Made by a program: the position numbers and the translations under genes. Below are positions 26,715 through 39,436 of a stretch of 64,000 nucleotides of DNA, piece after piece. The notes beneath the pieces are model-generated. The model was not told the origin of the DNA and ran no database searches. It saw only the letters and a list, made by a program, of their open reading frames with translations. How positions within the stretch are numbered: position 1 is the first letter of the stretch; every line of letters starts with the position of its first letter. The DNA is from an uncultured Gammaproteobacteria bacterium (GTDB lineage Bacteria > Patescibacteriota > Patescibacteriia > VMEV01 > CAZAJQ01), in contig CAZAJQ010000001.1 of the NCBI GenBank assembly GCA_964485795.1, positions 78,014-142,013 of the forward strand. The letters run 5' to 3'.

Positions 26715-28148
26715 TTATTGTAAATATTTCAAGTCCTCTTCCAGAGAATCGTCATCCAGCTCGCTTTTCTTTTTTCCTTTTTTCGAGGGTGATTTTTTGA
26801 TATTCGCTTCTGTCTTGGCTTTCTCTTCGTCATTTTCTTCCTTTTGAGGAATCTTTTCTTTCACTTCCTGATCCGTATCTTCGGACGATTCAGTTTTTTG
26901 CATATCATCTTCTCTCCCCTTCTTTTTGAAAAAATCATAAGGGATGGTCCTTTTTTCTTTTGCCAAAAAAAGCAAATACAGGGACAAAAGGAACAGCCCG
27001 AAGAAAAAAAGGATAATCAGCCACAAAATCCAATTGTCGCCATCGAAGAAGCTGATGGATATCGGATACTTGGCTTCGATCTTATTGCCTTCCTTGTCAA
27101 AGCCGGAAAGCGTCACCGTATATTCGCCGTATTTGGGAAAACGATGATCGATTTCCTGGCCGTAAAACACGCCGGTCTTGTCTCCAAAGTCCCATTCATG
27201 TGTCAATTCCGGTATATCCAAAATGTCCTCCGCCAAAGAAACGAAACGATACTCTTTCCACGATTTTTTGCTCACCTTCATGGCGTCAACGGAAAAAAGC
27301 TGAAGCGTTTCCGATGTGAAGGTCTCGGAAATGCTGTTCGAATCTTGTGAACTTTCGGAAGGCGTCACCGAATTTTCTTCGACGATTTGCGCTTCGGAAA
27401 GTTTTGGCGCGGTCTCTTGAACGGGTTTTTGAGTTTCCGGCGGTGTTTTCGGAAGAGGTTTTTCCTCCGCGGGCTGCGAAACGGGTGTCGGTTCCGCCGG
27501 AAGCTCGCTTTCGGCATTCGGATCGCAAGCATCTCCCTTGCCGTCTCCGTCACTGTCCTTTTGATCAGGATTTTTCAGAAGCAAACAATTATCTTTACCG
27601 TCCATGACTCCATCTCCATCCGTATCGGGATTGTTTGGGTTTGAACCGAAATTTTTTTCTTGCGCGTCCGGAATGCCGTCATTGTCGTTATCGTCGTCTT
27701 CGCCGTCCGGAATGCCGTCTTTGTCGGTATCCGGAAGCGGAACGAAAACGCTTGATATGGCGACATTGTTGCTGGCATCTTCGTCCCTTGGATCGGCGTT
27801 GCGAATCTCGACGCGGATATTGAAACTTCCGCTGGGAGCCACCCAGTCCACATACACTTCATCCGCAAAACCGTTCGCCCGCACGGTCACCACTTGCGAC
27901 GCGCCGATGACGATATTGTCGCCTTGATAAAAAACCACCATGGCGGCCGTGTCTTTTTTCCCGAGATTGTGAATGCGCGCGTAAAGGCGGATTTTTTGTC
28001 CGGCGACGATTTTTGATTCCGAAAAAAATATGTCATTGGAATATATGGCGAGATCATACTCCAGCGCCTGCGCAAAACTCCCGGTCACGACAAAAAATGA
28101 TGAGAAAAGCATCATTCCCAGCGCCGCCATGAATCGTTTCGAAAACAT
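26715..28148 (-). CDS. Membrane-anchored surface protein: CARDB, TSP3-like Ca-binding repeats, PKD domain, C-terminal TM
   Basis: [23 protein letters not shown] repeats; WDFGD...YTVTL; TM followed by a charged tail. Confidence 0.88.
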   Translation of the reverse strand: MFSKRFMAALGMMLFSSFFVVTGSFAQALEYDLAIYSNDIFFSESKIVAGQKIRLYARIHNLGKKDTAAMVVFYQGDNIVIGASQVVTVRANGFADEVYVDWVAPSGSFNIRVEIRNADPRDEDASNNVAISSVFVPLPDTDKDGIPDGEDDDNDNDGIPDAQEKNFGSNPNNPDTDGDGVMDGKDNCLLLKNPDQKDSDGDGKGDACDPNAESELPAEPTPVSQPAEEKPLPKTPPETQKPVQETAPKLSEAQIVEENSVTPSESSQDSNSISETFTSETLQLFSVDAMKVSKKSWKEYRFVSLAEDILDIPELTHEWDFGDKTGVFYGQEIDHRFPKYGEYTVTLSGFDKEGNKIEAKYPISISFFDGDNWILWLIILFFFGLFLLSLYLLFLAKEKRTIPYDFFKKKGREDDMQKTESSEDTDQEVKEKIPQKEENDEEKAKTEANIKKSPSKKGKKKSELDDDSLEEDLKYLQ

Positions 28149-28233
28149 AGGTATTGTATTTTTATTTTGACATCATCAGTATAGCATGCGAAATTTTCTT
28201 CAAGAAACGGAAGTCGATGTAATATCGCAAAAT

Positions 28234-29673
28234 TCACTGACGTTGAGCTTCAAAAAAATTTCCGACGGCAAGCACGGTCGCTTCTCCCAGTCTCGGTCCG
28301 ATGATTTGCATGCCGATGGGAAGACCGCCCGAATCTTTGCCGCAAGGAAGCGACAGTGCGCAGACTCCGGCCACCGATGCGGGACTCAAAAAAATGTCGG
28401 CCAGATACATTTGCAAAGGATCCGCGGCTTTTTCTCCGATGGAAAAAGGAGCGAACGGAGATACCGGAGTGATCAAAACATCGACTTGTTTGAAAATGTC
28501 GTCCATTTCTTTTTTTATCAATGTGCGCACGGCCTGCGCTTTTTTGTAATACGCGTCATAATATCCGGCGGACAGAGCGTAGGTTCCGATCATGATTCGC
28601 CGCTTCACTTCGTCGGGAAATCCTATCGCCCGCGTTTTCGCATACGTTTCCAAAAGATCTTTCCCCTCTTTTTGCACGCCATACCGCATGCCGTCGAGCC
28701 GCGCCAAATTCGCGCTGTCTTCGCAAGGAACCACGACATAGTACACGGATATCGCATATTCGGTGAGAGGCAAAGACACGTCCACGATTTTCGCACCCGC
28801 TTTTTGAAAAACTCGGATCGACTCCGCAATAGCATCCGAAATTTCCTTATCGAGAGTTTTTGAAAAATATTCTTTTGGCACGCCGATCGTCAGCTCCGAC
28901 GCGGGAAAGTCGCTTGCGAGAAGCATTTCGGTATAACGAGGCACGATTTCGTCATAGGTCGTCGCGTCTTTCGCATCATAACCCGCGATGGTTTCCATGA
29001 TCGCCGCGAGATCCCATACGGATTTGGCCATCGGACCGGCGGTATCCAGAGACGAAGCCATCGGCATCAATCCATAGCGAGAAACGCGTCCGTAGCTGAC
29101 CTTGAGCCCCGCAATCCCGCAAAAAGCGGCGGGTTGCCGTATCGATCCTCCGGTATCTTCGGCGATGGCGTACATCGCCATATCGGCCGCCACGCTTGCG
29201 GCCGCTCCACCGCTGGATCCTCCGGCGACGCGGCGCACATCATACGGATTTTTCACCGGACCATAGTGCGAATTTTCATTGGAAGCGCCATGACCGAAAG
29301 CGTCGCAGTTGGTTTTTCCCAGAATCACGCCGCCTTTTTCCTGGATTTTGGCTATGACCGAAGCCGAGTACGGCGCTATATAATCGTCCAAAATCTTCGC
29401 CGCACCCGTCGAACGCATATTCTCGACGAGAATGGCATCCTTCACGCTGTACGGGATACCGGTCAAAACGCCCTGTGCGCCGGCGGCGATCAGCGCATCG
29501 GCTTTTTTCGCCTGACGAAGCGCCTCCTTTTCCGAAACCGTGATAAACGCGTTGAGTTCGTCGTTTTTTTCACGAATTCTCCGCAAACACGCCTCGGTCA
29601 ATTCAATCGAAGAAATCTCTTTTTTCGCCAAAAGTGCGGAAGCTTTGCGTAACGTGAGATCAAAAAGTTTCAT
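28234..29673 (-). CDS. gatA: Asp/Glu-tRNA amidotransferase subunit A
   Basis: [35 protein letters not shown]. Confidence 0.97.
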   Translation of the reverse strand: MKLFDLTLRKASALLAKKEISSIELTEACLRRIREKNDELNAFITVSEKEALRQAKKADALIAAGAQGVLTGIPYSVKDAILVENMRSTGAAKILDDYIAPYSASVIAKIQEKGGVILGKTNCDAFGHGASNENSHYGPVKNPYDVRRVAGGSSGGAAASVAADMAMYAIAEDTGGSIRQPAAFCGIAGLKVSYGRVSRYGLMPMASSLDTAGPMAKSVWDLAAIMETIAGYDAKDATTYDEIVPRYTEMLLASDFPASELTIGVPKEYFSKTLDKEISDAIAESIRVFQKAGAKIVDVSLPLTEYAISVYYVVVPCEDSANLARLDGMRYGVQKEGKDLLETYAKTRAIGFPDEVKRRIMIGTYALSAGYYDAYYKKAQAVRTLIKKEMDDIFKQVDVLITPVSPFAPFSIGEKAADPLQMYLADIFLSPASVAGVCALSLPCGKDSGGLPIGMQIIGPRLGEATVLAVGNFFEAQRQ

Positions 29674-29760
29674 AATTCATTCTTTCAAAAGGATGCTGTT
29701 GTTGATTTTTTAAACGTCTTCTCATGTTCAATGAAGTCTCTTGAAACATTTCGGCAAATC

Positions 29761-30057
29761 CTATGCTTCAAATACCCCCTTCACCTTCAAATACCCGTTT
29801 TTTTCATGTGGAAAATTTTTCTTGATGGCGGCGACCACGGCTTCAAGACACGGCAGCGCCTCATCATCTCGTAAACGATTTTTTATGCCGGTCACTTGCG
29901 ATGTGGGTTCGATGTTTTTCGTCGGAACTTCATCGAGCTTTTTCACAAACGTCAGAATCTCGGAAAGCTGTTTTTGAAACATCTCCACCTCGTCTGAAGA
30001 AAGCTCTATTCTCGCGAGCTGAGCAATGTGAATCACTTCATCGTAAGAAAGCTGCAT
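29761..30057 (-). CDS. gatC: Asp/Glu-tRNA amidotransferase subunit C
   Basis: EVIHIAQLARI...LRDDE...GYLKV; directly upstream of gatA. Confidence 0.93.
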   Translation of the reverse strand: MQLSYDEVIHIAQLARIELSSDEVEMFQKQLSEILTFVKKLDEVPTKNIEPTSQVTGIKNRLRDDEALPCLEAVVAAIKKNFPHEKNGYLKVKGVFEA

Positions 30058-30165
30058 AGGTTTATGGTATAAACTCAAACTGAGAGTATGGTATCAGAGA
30101 ACCGGACGGGATAAAAGTCGATATCGGTTTTTCGGCATACGTCGGCGAATACCGCCGGCTCATGA

Positions 30166-32259
<2,094 letters not shown>

Positions 32260-32270
32260 TCATAGCAAAA

Positions 32271-32354
32271 TACTGAGAACTGAGTACTGAGTACTGAGTA
32301 CTGAGCACTGAGTACTGAGCACTGAGAACTGAGCACTGAGTACTGAGAACTGAG
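32271..32354. repeat. Tandem heptamer array (NACTGAG)x12
   Basis: Twelve units counted; only the first base varies (T/A/C). Confidence 0.95.
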
Positions 32355-32383
32355 TACTCTGTTCTCAGCGAGAGCCAAACGCG

Positions 32384-33115
32384 CTATGGCAAACCGCTCC
32401 ATGGAGTCGTAGCGGGCACGGTAACACGCAAAGCCTTCTGCGAATTTTTATACACTCCTTTACTCGTCATCGTCACAGGAACCGGAACGCTCAGCTCATT
32501 GCCCGACGGCGCACCGTCGGCGGCGTAAAACCTGACATGCAGATCAAGAGCGTCATCGTTTTTCGCTCGAATGCGGATTTGATACGCTGAATCGGCGGAC
32601 AATGCGCTCTCCACGATGTCATTGCACGGCGTTACGCCTCCGCAAAAATAAGTAGTGACGCTTTCGGCCGCAAAGCTGACACCGTCCCAAGTCCGCACCG
32701 TGACTTCAAGCTGCACGCCGATATTCCATGAAATCCGAAACGATTCGATGCCGGCCGGGACTCCGGTAACGCTTCCGGGAACATACACCTCCACTATTTC
32801 AAATTCATCTTCCGCGATTGCGTCAATGCCTATATCCGATGCCTGATCGATGACATCACGCTCCCATCTCACTTGGTTGCCGTACTCACCGCTTCCGTTC
32901 AATTCCGCCGCACCTTTCCCCTCCTTTCGAAGTCCGTACAAACCGGTTTCAATGGCCGCGTCCGCTCCGTAATAAGCCAAAAAAGCGTTTTCTATTTTTT
33001 TCGTAATTTGGGTTTGGCGCACAATGATTTCAGACACGATGACGCCGCCGGTAAGAATCAAGGATGTTATGAGAAGTGACGCTATGAGTATCACTCCTCG
33101 TTGATTTTGGCGCAT
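32384..33115 (-). CDS. PilX-like minor pilin
   Basis: QRG-VILIASL N-terminus; AYYGADAAIE motif. Confidence 0.8.
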   Translation of the reverse strand: MRQNQRGVILIASLLITSLILTGGVIVSEIIVRQTQITKKIENAFLAYYGADAAIETGLYGLRKEGKGAAELNGSGEYGNQVRWERDVIDQASDIGIDAIAEDEFEIVEVYVPGSVTGVPAGIESFRISWNIGVQLEVTVRTWDGVSFAAESVTTYFCGGVTPCNDIVESALSADSAYQIRIRAKNDDALDLHVRFYAADGAPSGNELSVPVPVTMTSKGVYKNSQKALRVTVPATTPWSGLP

Positions 33116-33174
33116 AACTCTGTGAAAAAAAATTCTTTTTTGAAAAAATAATGAAATTTCAAAAACGCGGCTCC

Positions 33175-33816
33175 TTACCGCTCATACACCCGAGACGAAA
33201 TCGTGTTTTGCAAAAACAACGTATGATCGCCTTTTGCCGTTTGAAACGCGGCCGTGATCGTCACTTCGGGTTGCCGGTTTGAAGCATACGCTCCCCCGCT
33301 TCTTTCGAAAGGATTTTGCTGCGGCATGATGAAAAAACGCAGCGACGGCAATCGTACCCCTCGGGACGTCGCCGCATTCCAGCTGACGCCCTGATCATAG
33401 CTCACTTCCAGACACGGTGAACTGGAAAGATCGGGACATACCGAATCTCCGCTCCGATACACCACCGTGCTTCCCTCGTCATCAACGAGCGCCAGCTCCG
33501 ATGCTGGCAAGGTCAATCCCCCCGAATACCCGGAATAGGCATAGTCGATCGTATGCGTCTTGATATCGTCGATGAAACGGCCAAACACATTCTGCGCATC
33601 GGCCTGCAAACGAGCAACATTCAGCGTCTTATTTTGCGCACCCAAGGATCGTATCATGATCCCGGTCACCGTCACGATGAGAAAGGAAAAAATGGACATG
33701 GAAACGATCACCTCAACCAACGTGAATCCCGCGCCGTTGACAAACGACGTCTTTTTTTTATAACAAAAATTTTTATCAAATCTCCACATACATTGACCAT
33801 TCAAAACATATTTCAT
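33175..33816 (-). CDS. PilW/GspJ-like minor pilin
   Basis: G-FTLVE prepilin motif; start uncertain. Confidence 0.85.
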   Translation of the reverse strand: MKYVLNGQCMWRFDKNFCYKKKTSFVNGAGFTLVEVIVSMSIFSFLIVTVTGIMIRSLGAQNKTLNVARLQADAQNVFGRFIDDIKTHTIDYAYSGYSGGLTLPASELALVDDEGSTVVYRSGDSVCPDLSSSPCLEVSYDQGVSWNAATSRGVRLPSLRFFIMPQQNPFERSGGAYASNRQPEVTITAAFQTAKGDHTLFLQNTISSRVYER

Positions 33817-33942
33817 TCATGTACTCCGACGTAACGCTTTCGAAAAAATTTTTATCTCCTTCACTTCCAAGCCTTTGCTCCGGCTTCGAAACGTTAGGGT
33901 CTGCCCTGAAGGAGAGCTCCCGTTGGTCGCACCCTTCAGGAT

Positions 33943-34530
33943 TTACCGCCAATGATAGAGTTCCCCGATCGCCATCACGCTGCGTTCCTTTCCCTTTTCC
34001 GTCCATCGCACCTCGGAGGTGATTTTTTTGCGAAAATCCGTGCCTTCGGGATCGATGGTGATAAGCCGCCGAAAAACGGTTGCGTTTCCGGTTGCGCCGG
34101 CCGTACTTTGCCGATATACGCCTTGATCGCGATACACCACGGCTGCGGCATCGGAAAAACCGCTCGGCGCAAAATCCAAAGTCCAGCTCCCCGCCTCCGG
34201 GTCAAACGCGGGAATGGCCGTGGTATCCGCAATCCCGGACATACCCGTATCCCACGGCGATTGAGAAAGCCAATTGGAGTCGCGAATATTTCTCACGACT
34301 TCCACGCCTTCCCATGCCAATTGCGAACCGATCATCGAAGACTGCAGCTCCCCGCTCTGACCAAGCGTTGACAATACGAGGCTGAAGCTTCCCAGCATCC
34401 CGAGGCCGATGATCGTGAAAGCCACGATGGTCTCCATGAGCCCCTGGCCTCGGGGCGATGCACGGAAGGTATGCTTATTTTTGAATAATCGCTTCATAAC
34501 GTTTTTCGAATTCTCATTCAAGTACGGCAT
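33943..34530 (-). CDS. PilV-like minor pilin
   Basis: RG-QGLME, LAWEGVEVVRNIRD, FRRLITI...VRW. Confidence 0.8.
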   Translation of the reverse strand: MPYLNENSKNVMKRLFKNKHTFRASPRGQGLMETIVAFTIIGLGMLGSFSLVLSTLGQSGELQSSMIGSQLAWEGVEVVRNIRDSNWLSQSPWDTGMSGIADTTAIPAFDPEAGSWTLDFAPSGFSDAAAVVYRDQGVYRQSTAGATGNATVFRRLITIDPEGTDFRKKITSEVRWTEKGKERSVMAIGELYHWR

Positions 34531-34531
34531 A

Positions 34532-35437
34532 TCAAACGAACGAAGAAAAAAAACTCAATATTCTTTTCCTCGGTTTCATTTTTTTCGACTTTAAAATCAT
34601 ATGATCGACAATGGCGCCGGAAATATCTGTTTCGGAAAATTCTTGCGCTCTGGGAAAATAGCAAGGCATATTGACTTCCGCTATATACGGCTGATCGTCT
34701 TGATCGATGAGTATATCCACCCCTGCAAATTCATATCCCAAAACATTTGCGGCTTTCACCGCCAATTTTTCAACCTTGGATCCAAACTTTTTCACTGAAA
34801 TGGACAGATCATCTCCCCTATTGCTACGAAAATCATCTTTGAGACGAACATATTCAATACTCGAAACAACTTTATTGCCCAAAACGATCAGACGGGCATG
34901 TTCCTTGTAATGCAAAAATTTTCTCAGAATATATTTGCCGTTTTGTTTCGATAAATAATCGCAAACCGAAATCAACGACTCGAAGGAATCGATCTTCATG
35001 ACACCGATGCCATGCGCTCCGCCGATGGCTTTCACAATGATCGGAAATCCATTGAGCGCTCGAACGTATTTTTTCAGAAGTGCCGTGTCGGTCGTGATAG
35101 AAAAAACAGTCCGGATAATCGGCAATCCGCACTTTTCGTGAAAGAGAGCGGAGCCGACAAAATAATCCCGTCTCGCCATGCAATCGGTGAAATTCCTATA
35201 TAACGTGATCACTTCGGAGTTGATCAAAAGCTTTTCCAAGAGTGAGGAAGCATATCCGGAAGCAATTCTGTAAAGGCCGTCTTTACCGGTGAGATGCAAT
35301 CTTTGCGAAAAATCAAAATGATTCGCGTCAAGCGTTTCAACTTTCAATCCGCGACTCTCAGCCGATTGCTTGAGATAATCATATGAAGGATCATCCTGCA
35401 TGACGATAAGAAAAATTCTTTCCAAAATATTTTTCAT
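34532..35437 (-). CDS. RimK-family ATP-grasp ligase
   Basis: FPIIVK..GGAHGIGV, DFRSN, AGVDIL, EVN; start taken as MKNILE. Confidence 0.85.
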   Translation of the reverse strand: MKNILERIFLIVMQDDPSYDYLKQSAESRGLKVETLDANHFDFSQRLHLTGKDGLYRIASGYASSLLEKLLINSEVITLYRNFTDCMARRDYFVGSALFHEKCGLPIIRTVFSITTDTALLKKYVRALNGFPIIVKAIGGAHGIGVMKIDSFESLISVCDYLSKQNGKYILRKFLHYKEHARLIVLGNKVVSSIEYVRLKDDFRSNRGDDLSISVKKFGSKVEKLAVKAANVLGYEFAGVDILIDQDDQPYIAEVNMPCYFPRAQEFSETDISGAIVDHMILKSKKMKPRKRILSFFSSFV

Positions 35438-35508
35438 ATCAAATATGAATTGTGGCGATGCGGCCAAGAGAGCAAACAGATGGTCAGCCTTTTCGCCGGC
35501 TTTTGCAT

Positions 35509-36054
35509 CTACTCCACGGAAATCTGTCCCGTAAGCCGATGAATGCGAACTTCTTTGTTTTTTCCGCTTTTTTCATCGCGTATGTGAATCACGGCCACAT
35601 CTTCGGAGGCGCATTCCCCGCTTGCGCTTGATTTGAAACAGATAAAAGGCTTGGGCGGTTTAAACGTCACATGGAGCGGAATAAACGGATCGGCGGAAAC
35701 GATTCGAACGTTTTTGGGGGTGAAAAAAACTTCCGTGTCCATGGCCTCCTGCGCGCCGTCATAATGAAGATTTCCGTTGACGTCGGCAAAAAGCCGATAC
35801 TCGCACGGAGGCGCGCCGCAAGCTCCGATGAAAAAACCGTATCCCCCTTCGGGAACTGCGCCCAGATACGGCTCACCCGTAATCGCAAACGCCTGCGCTT
35901 TTCGAATCGCGGACGCGAGCGCTTCGACGCTCAGATCCAGATCCCGTGAAGCGCCGCGATAATTGATAACCACGATGGTGGATAATATCCCGATAATGGT
36001 GATCGTCACGATCATTTCCAGCAGCGTAAATCCGCGCTCGTTGCTTATGTTCAT
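35509..36054 (-). CDS. FimT/GspH-like minor pilin
   Basis: RG-FTLLE; IRKAQAFA. Confidence 0.85.
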   Translation of the reverse strand: MNISNERGFTLLEMIVTITIIGILSTIVVINYRGASRDLDLSVEALASAIRKAQAFAITGEPYLGAVPEGGYGFFIGACGAPPCEYRLFADVNGNLHYDGAQEAMDTEVFFTPKNVRIVSADPFIPLHVTFKPPKPFICFKSSASGECASEDVAVIHIRDEKSGKNKEVRIHRLTGQISVE

Positions 36055-36129
36055 AAAACGAAAAAGGCTAAAAAAATCGTCAATACTGTCGCAGGTTCGC
36101 GGTAATGTTCCCCCTGCACGATCGACATC

Positions 36130-36972
36130 TCAATCGCCGAACAGCAACCATGATATATCTTTCATGCTGTTCGCCACGTCGATCCAAGCATCCCCGTACA
36201 AAAGCATAAATCCCGTTCCGACGGCCAAAAAAGTCCCCATCGGAACTTCGGATTTCATGCCTTTCTTCTTCATGGCAAGCAAAACGACGCATACCAAAGA
36301 TCCGATCACATAGGAGATCAGCAAGGCAGCCAAAACTTTCGGCCAGGAAAGCATGACACCCATCAGCGCGCCCATGCGTATATCCCCGCCCCCCACCCAT
36401 GCGCCTCCGGAAACGGCATACTGCAGGAAAAAAAATCCGCCGGCGACGATTGCCGCCAAAAGCATTCTTTGCCACGATATTCCAAACCATGCATTGCAGA
36501 AAAAAACAAAAAATATCGAAGGAATCGTGATGATATCCGGCAAAAGAAAATATTTGAGATCAAAGAGAAAAAGCGCCAGAAGAATCATGACGAAAACGAC
36601 ATTTCTCAAAGCATAGAGAAACTCAAAAAAACCGAAACCGTATTTTTGCGTGATGAAATCGGCGGTTGCAAATGAATCCAAGGAAAAATAAGAAAATGGA
36701 GCGAAGCATGCGGCCACAAAAACAAAACCGGTCAATAATTCTGCGGCGGGATATTGCAAAGATATGTTTTTTTTACAGGTGCGACATTTTCCCCGAAGAA
36801 GGATATAGCTGACAATGGGGATAAGATCATAAGCATAAAGATCATGCCGGCAATTCGGACAATGCGACCTTCCCCAAACGAAATTTTCCCCCCGATACAT
36901 CCTCTCAATCAAAACATTCAAAAAGCTTCCAAAAAACAACCCGATGATAAACACAAAAATCACGAGACTCAT
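36130..36972 (-). CDS. pilD: Prepilin peptidase (A24)
   Basis: GSFLNV, RSHCPNC, GKCRTC, DLKY, GGGD; start MSLVIF. Confidence 0.93.
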   Translation of the reverse strand: MSLVIFVFIIGLFFGSFLNVLIERMYRGENFVWGRSHCPNCRHDLYAYDLIPIVSYILLRGKCRTCKKNISLQYPAAELLTGFVFVAACFAPFSYFSLDSFATADFITQKYGFGFFEFLYALRNVVFVMILLALFLFDLKYFLLPDIITIPSIFFVFFCNAWFGISWQRMLLAAIVAGGFFFLQYAVSGGAWVGGGDIRMGALMGVMLSWPKVLAALLISYVIGSLVCVVLLAMKKKGMKSEVPMGTFLAVGTGFMLLYGDAWIDVANSMKDISWLLFGD

Positions 36973-37026
36973 AATCTTTATGAAAAAAAATTCATATTCC
37001 TTTCCAGTATAGAGGCTTTGGGGGAT

Positions 37027-37094
37027 AAAAAAAATACCCGCCTGCCATGCCGCTTCCCTGAGGTAAGCGGCATATCGGCCAGCGGTATTTTTTT
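37027..37094. terminator. Long bulged hairpin with A/T tracts downstream of the major pilin genes
   Basis: AAAAAAATACC...ATGCCGCTT / AAGCGGCAT...GGTATTTTTTT. Confidence 0.65.
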
Positions 37095-37158
37095 CCATGA
37101 ATGATCAACATGGAGTCGGAAGAATATTCATATTTCAGACCATCCCAAGCTGTGTAAC

Positions 37159-37647
37159 TTATATCGTTCCTCCCGGACTGGCTGTGCGAACCCCGGTCGG
37201 CAAACCTCCGGTACCGGATTCCAAGTAAAACTTGATGGTATAGGATGTTCCGGTGGAAACAAATGCGTAATCGCACACGGCCGTTGATGCGTCCGTACAT
37301 ACCGAAGCGGCTCCCGATTTACTCGGATCGCGAGGCACGCCTTGCATATACAAACTGCTCCCCGTGCACGTAGCCTCAAACCCAACATCCGTCAGACACA
37401 GGGCGGTTCCGCTCCCCAATGCCAGAGGACTGCCACCGTCGGACGGGTAGCTGTTGGCTTGCAAATAATACAGCTCCAAGGCTCCGCGGATATTGGCGAT
37501 ATTGGCCACTCGAGACGAATCCCTCGCCTTGGTCCTCGCGGTACCAAGCGCCAATACGGCCAATGTGGAAAGCAAACCGATGATGGACACCACGACCAAA
37601 AGTTCGATCAATGTGAAGCCCCGCGAAGAGTCTTTTTGTGTATGCAT
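37159..37647 (-). CDS. Type IV major pilin-like protein (copy 2)
   Basis: RG-FTLIELLVV...KARD...ALELY. Confidence 0.92.
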   Translation of the reverse strand: MHTQKDSSRGFTLIELLVVVSIIGLLSTLAVLALGTARTKARDSSRVANIANIRGALELYYLQANSYPSDGGSPLALGSGTALCLTDVGFEATCTGSSLYMQGVPRDPSKSGAASVCTDASTAVCDYAFVSTGTSYTIKFYLESGTGGLPTGVRTASPGGTI

Positions 37648-37686
37648 ACGACAAAAAATTAGAAAAAGTTAGAAGTGAATATTAAA

Positions 37687-38160
37687 TTACAAGACTCCAT
37701 CGGGTTTTGCGGTGCGAATTCCGGCTGAAAGATTGGCCACCGAGCTTTCCAGATAAAACAACAAGGTAAAGTCGCTTCCGTCGCCGCTTTGATAAGAATA
37801 ATCGCATACCGAAACCGAAGACACGGTGCACGGAGCATCAGCGTCGCGCAGAGACGGATCGCGTGGAATCACCAGCATGAAAGGGTTGGTGCAGCCGGCG
37901 GTCTTGAATCCCGTGGAATCAAGACACTTCCCTACCGTGCCAAGCGTCTTTGCCGTCGATTCGATGGGGTATTTGCCGTTTTCATTGTAATACAGTTCCA
38001 AAGCGTTCATGATCTGCCTCACGTCATTGGCTCTGCGCACGTCTCTGGCCTTCACCCGCGCGGATCCAAGCGCCACGACCGCAAGCGTCGAAAGCAATCC
38101 GATAATCGACACCACCACAAGAAGCTCCACCAATGTAAACCCCTTTGTTTTTTTATGCAT
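37687..38160 (-). CDS. Type IV major pilin-like protein (copy 1)
   Basis: KG-FTLVELLVV...KARD...ALELY; start MHKKTK. Confidence 0.92.
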   Translation of the reverse strand: MHKKTKGFTLVELLVVVSIIGLLSTLAVVALGSARVKARDVRRANDVRQIMNALELYYNENGKYPIESTAKTLGTVGKCLDSTGFKTAGCTNPFMLVIPRDPSLRDADAPCTVSSVSVCDYSYQSGDGSDFTLLFYLESSVANLSAGIRTAKPDGVL

Positions 38161-38229
38161 AGGATGAAAAAATAAAAAAGAAACAAATGTATGTAGCCTC
38201 TCAAAAACGGTTGATGCGTTTTTCAAAGG

Positions 38230-39426
38230 CTAAAAAGATCCGGCGAGATTGTACATCGGAAGAATGATCGCGGCCACCATGACTCCCACGGCGATACCCA
38301 TAAGAATCATCACGATCGGCTCTATTAAAGTTACCAAATTGTCAACAAGGCTGTCAATTTCCCTTCGATAAAAATTCGTTATTTTTTCAAGCACCAGATC
38401 GATCTTTCCGGTCTTTTCTCCCACACTGAGCATCTGCGACACCATGATGGGCATATACGGACTTTTTTCAAACACGGTTGCGATTGGACTGCCATCCTCC
38501 ACCTCGCGGATGGTTTCGTTGATCAGCTCTTCGTAAACGCTGTTTCCCACCACATCCGAAACGACCCGCAGCGCTTCGCTCAAGGGAACTTTTCCGGTGA
38601 TCAAGGTCGAAAGACTTTGCGTAAACCGCACGATATAAATGCGCTTCATGAGATTGCCAAACAGCGGCAACCTCAAGAGAATCGTATCAAATATTTTTTT
38701 CCCGGAAGGGTAATTCCACGCCACCCGTATGCCGATGACGACGCCGATCAACGATGCGATCACGAGCCACCAGTAGCCAACAAAAAAATCGCTGACCGCA
38801 ATGAGCATTCGCGTGGAAACGGGCAATGCGGTTCCTGTTTCGCGGAGTATGGAAGTGATCTTGGGAACCACAAAAACCATCATGATGATTCCGACGGCCA
38901 AAAGCCCGGCCATGAGAAATACCGGATATATCATGGCACCCTTGATGCGACTCATGAGGTCATGGTCTTTTTCCAGCTGATCCGCGAGATAATTGAGCAC
39001 GTCGGCGAGTTTTCCGGAAGTCTCGCCCGAACGGATCATGGCCACAAAAAAATTGCTGAACACCTTGGGATATTTCGAAAGCGAAAGCGAAAGCCTCGCT
39101 CCGCCCTCGACATCATCCGCGATATGGGAAAGTATTCCCCGAAGCGTAAGATTCGCGGTTTGATCCACGAGGATTCTCATGGCTTCGACGATGGGAACAT
39201 TGGCCGACACCATCACCGAAAGCTGACGGGCCATGATCACCACGTCGCGACTCGGAACACCGGAAAGAATCTGCAATTGAAAAACGCTCGTTTTTTTCAC
39301 GGAAAGGCTGACCACGGTAAGCTGATTTTCCAAGAGTACGGATGCGGCTTCTTCTTCACTTTCGGCTTCCACGATACCGGAAATCATTTCTCCTTCGGGA
39401 TTTTTGGCTTTGTAGTTAAAATACAT
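38230..39426 (-). CDS. pilC: T4P platform protein PilC/GspF
   Basis: GETSGKL, AMIYP, VGEKTG, IEP. Confidence 0.95.
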   Translation of the reverse strand: MYFNYKAKNPEGEMISGIVEAESEEEAASVLLENQLTVVSLSVKKTSVFQLQILSGVPSRDVVIMARQLSVMVSANVPIVEAMRILVDQTANLTLRGILSHIADDVEGGARLSLSLSKYPKVFSNFFVAMIRSGETSGKLADVLNYLADQLEKDHDLMSRIKGAMIYPVFLMAGLLAVGIIMMVFVVPKITSILRETGTALPVSTRMLIAVSDFFVGYWWLVIASLIGVVIGIRVAWNYPSGKKIFDTILLRLPLFGNLMKRIYIVRFTQSLSTLITGKVPLSEALRVVSDVVGNSVYEELINETIREVEDGSPIATVFEKSPYMPIMVSQMLSVGEKTGKIDLVLEKITNFYRREIDSLVDNLVTLIEPIVMILMGIAVGVMVAAIILPMYNLAGSF

Positions 39427-39436
39427 ACATTCAAGA

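Noticed and set aside
32271-32354. Heptamer array as CRISPR or coding repeat
   Set aside because: No spacers; intergenic; no credible ORF
33880-33942. Hairpin CCTGAAGG...CCTTCAGG between minor pilin genes as a riboswitch
   Set aside because: Only a short stem, with no aptamer consensus I can recognise
36973-37098. N-terminal extension of pilD
   Set aside because: Runs through the hairpin/terminator; homology starts at MSLVIF
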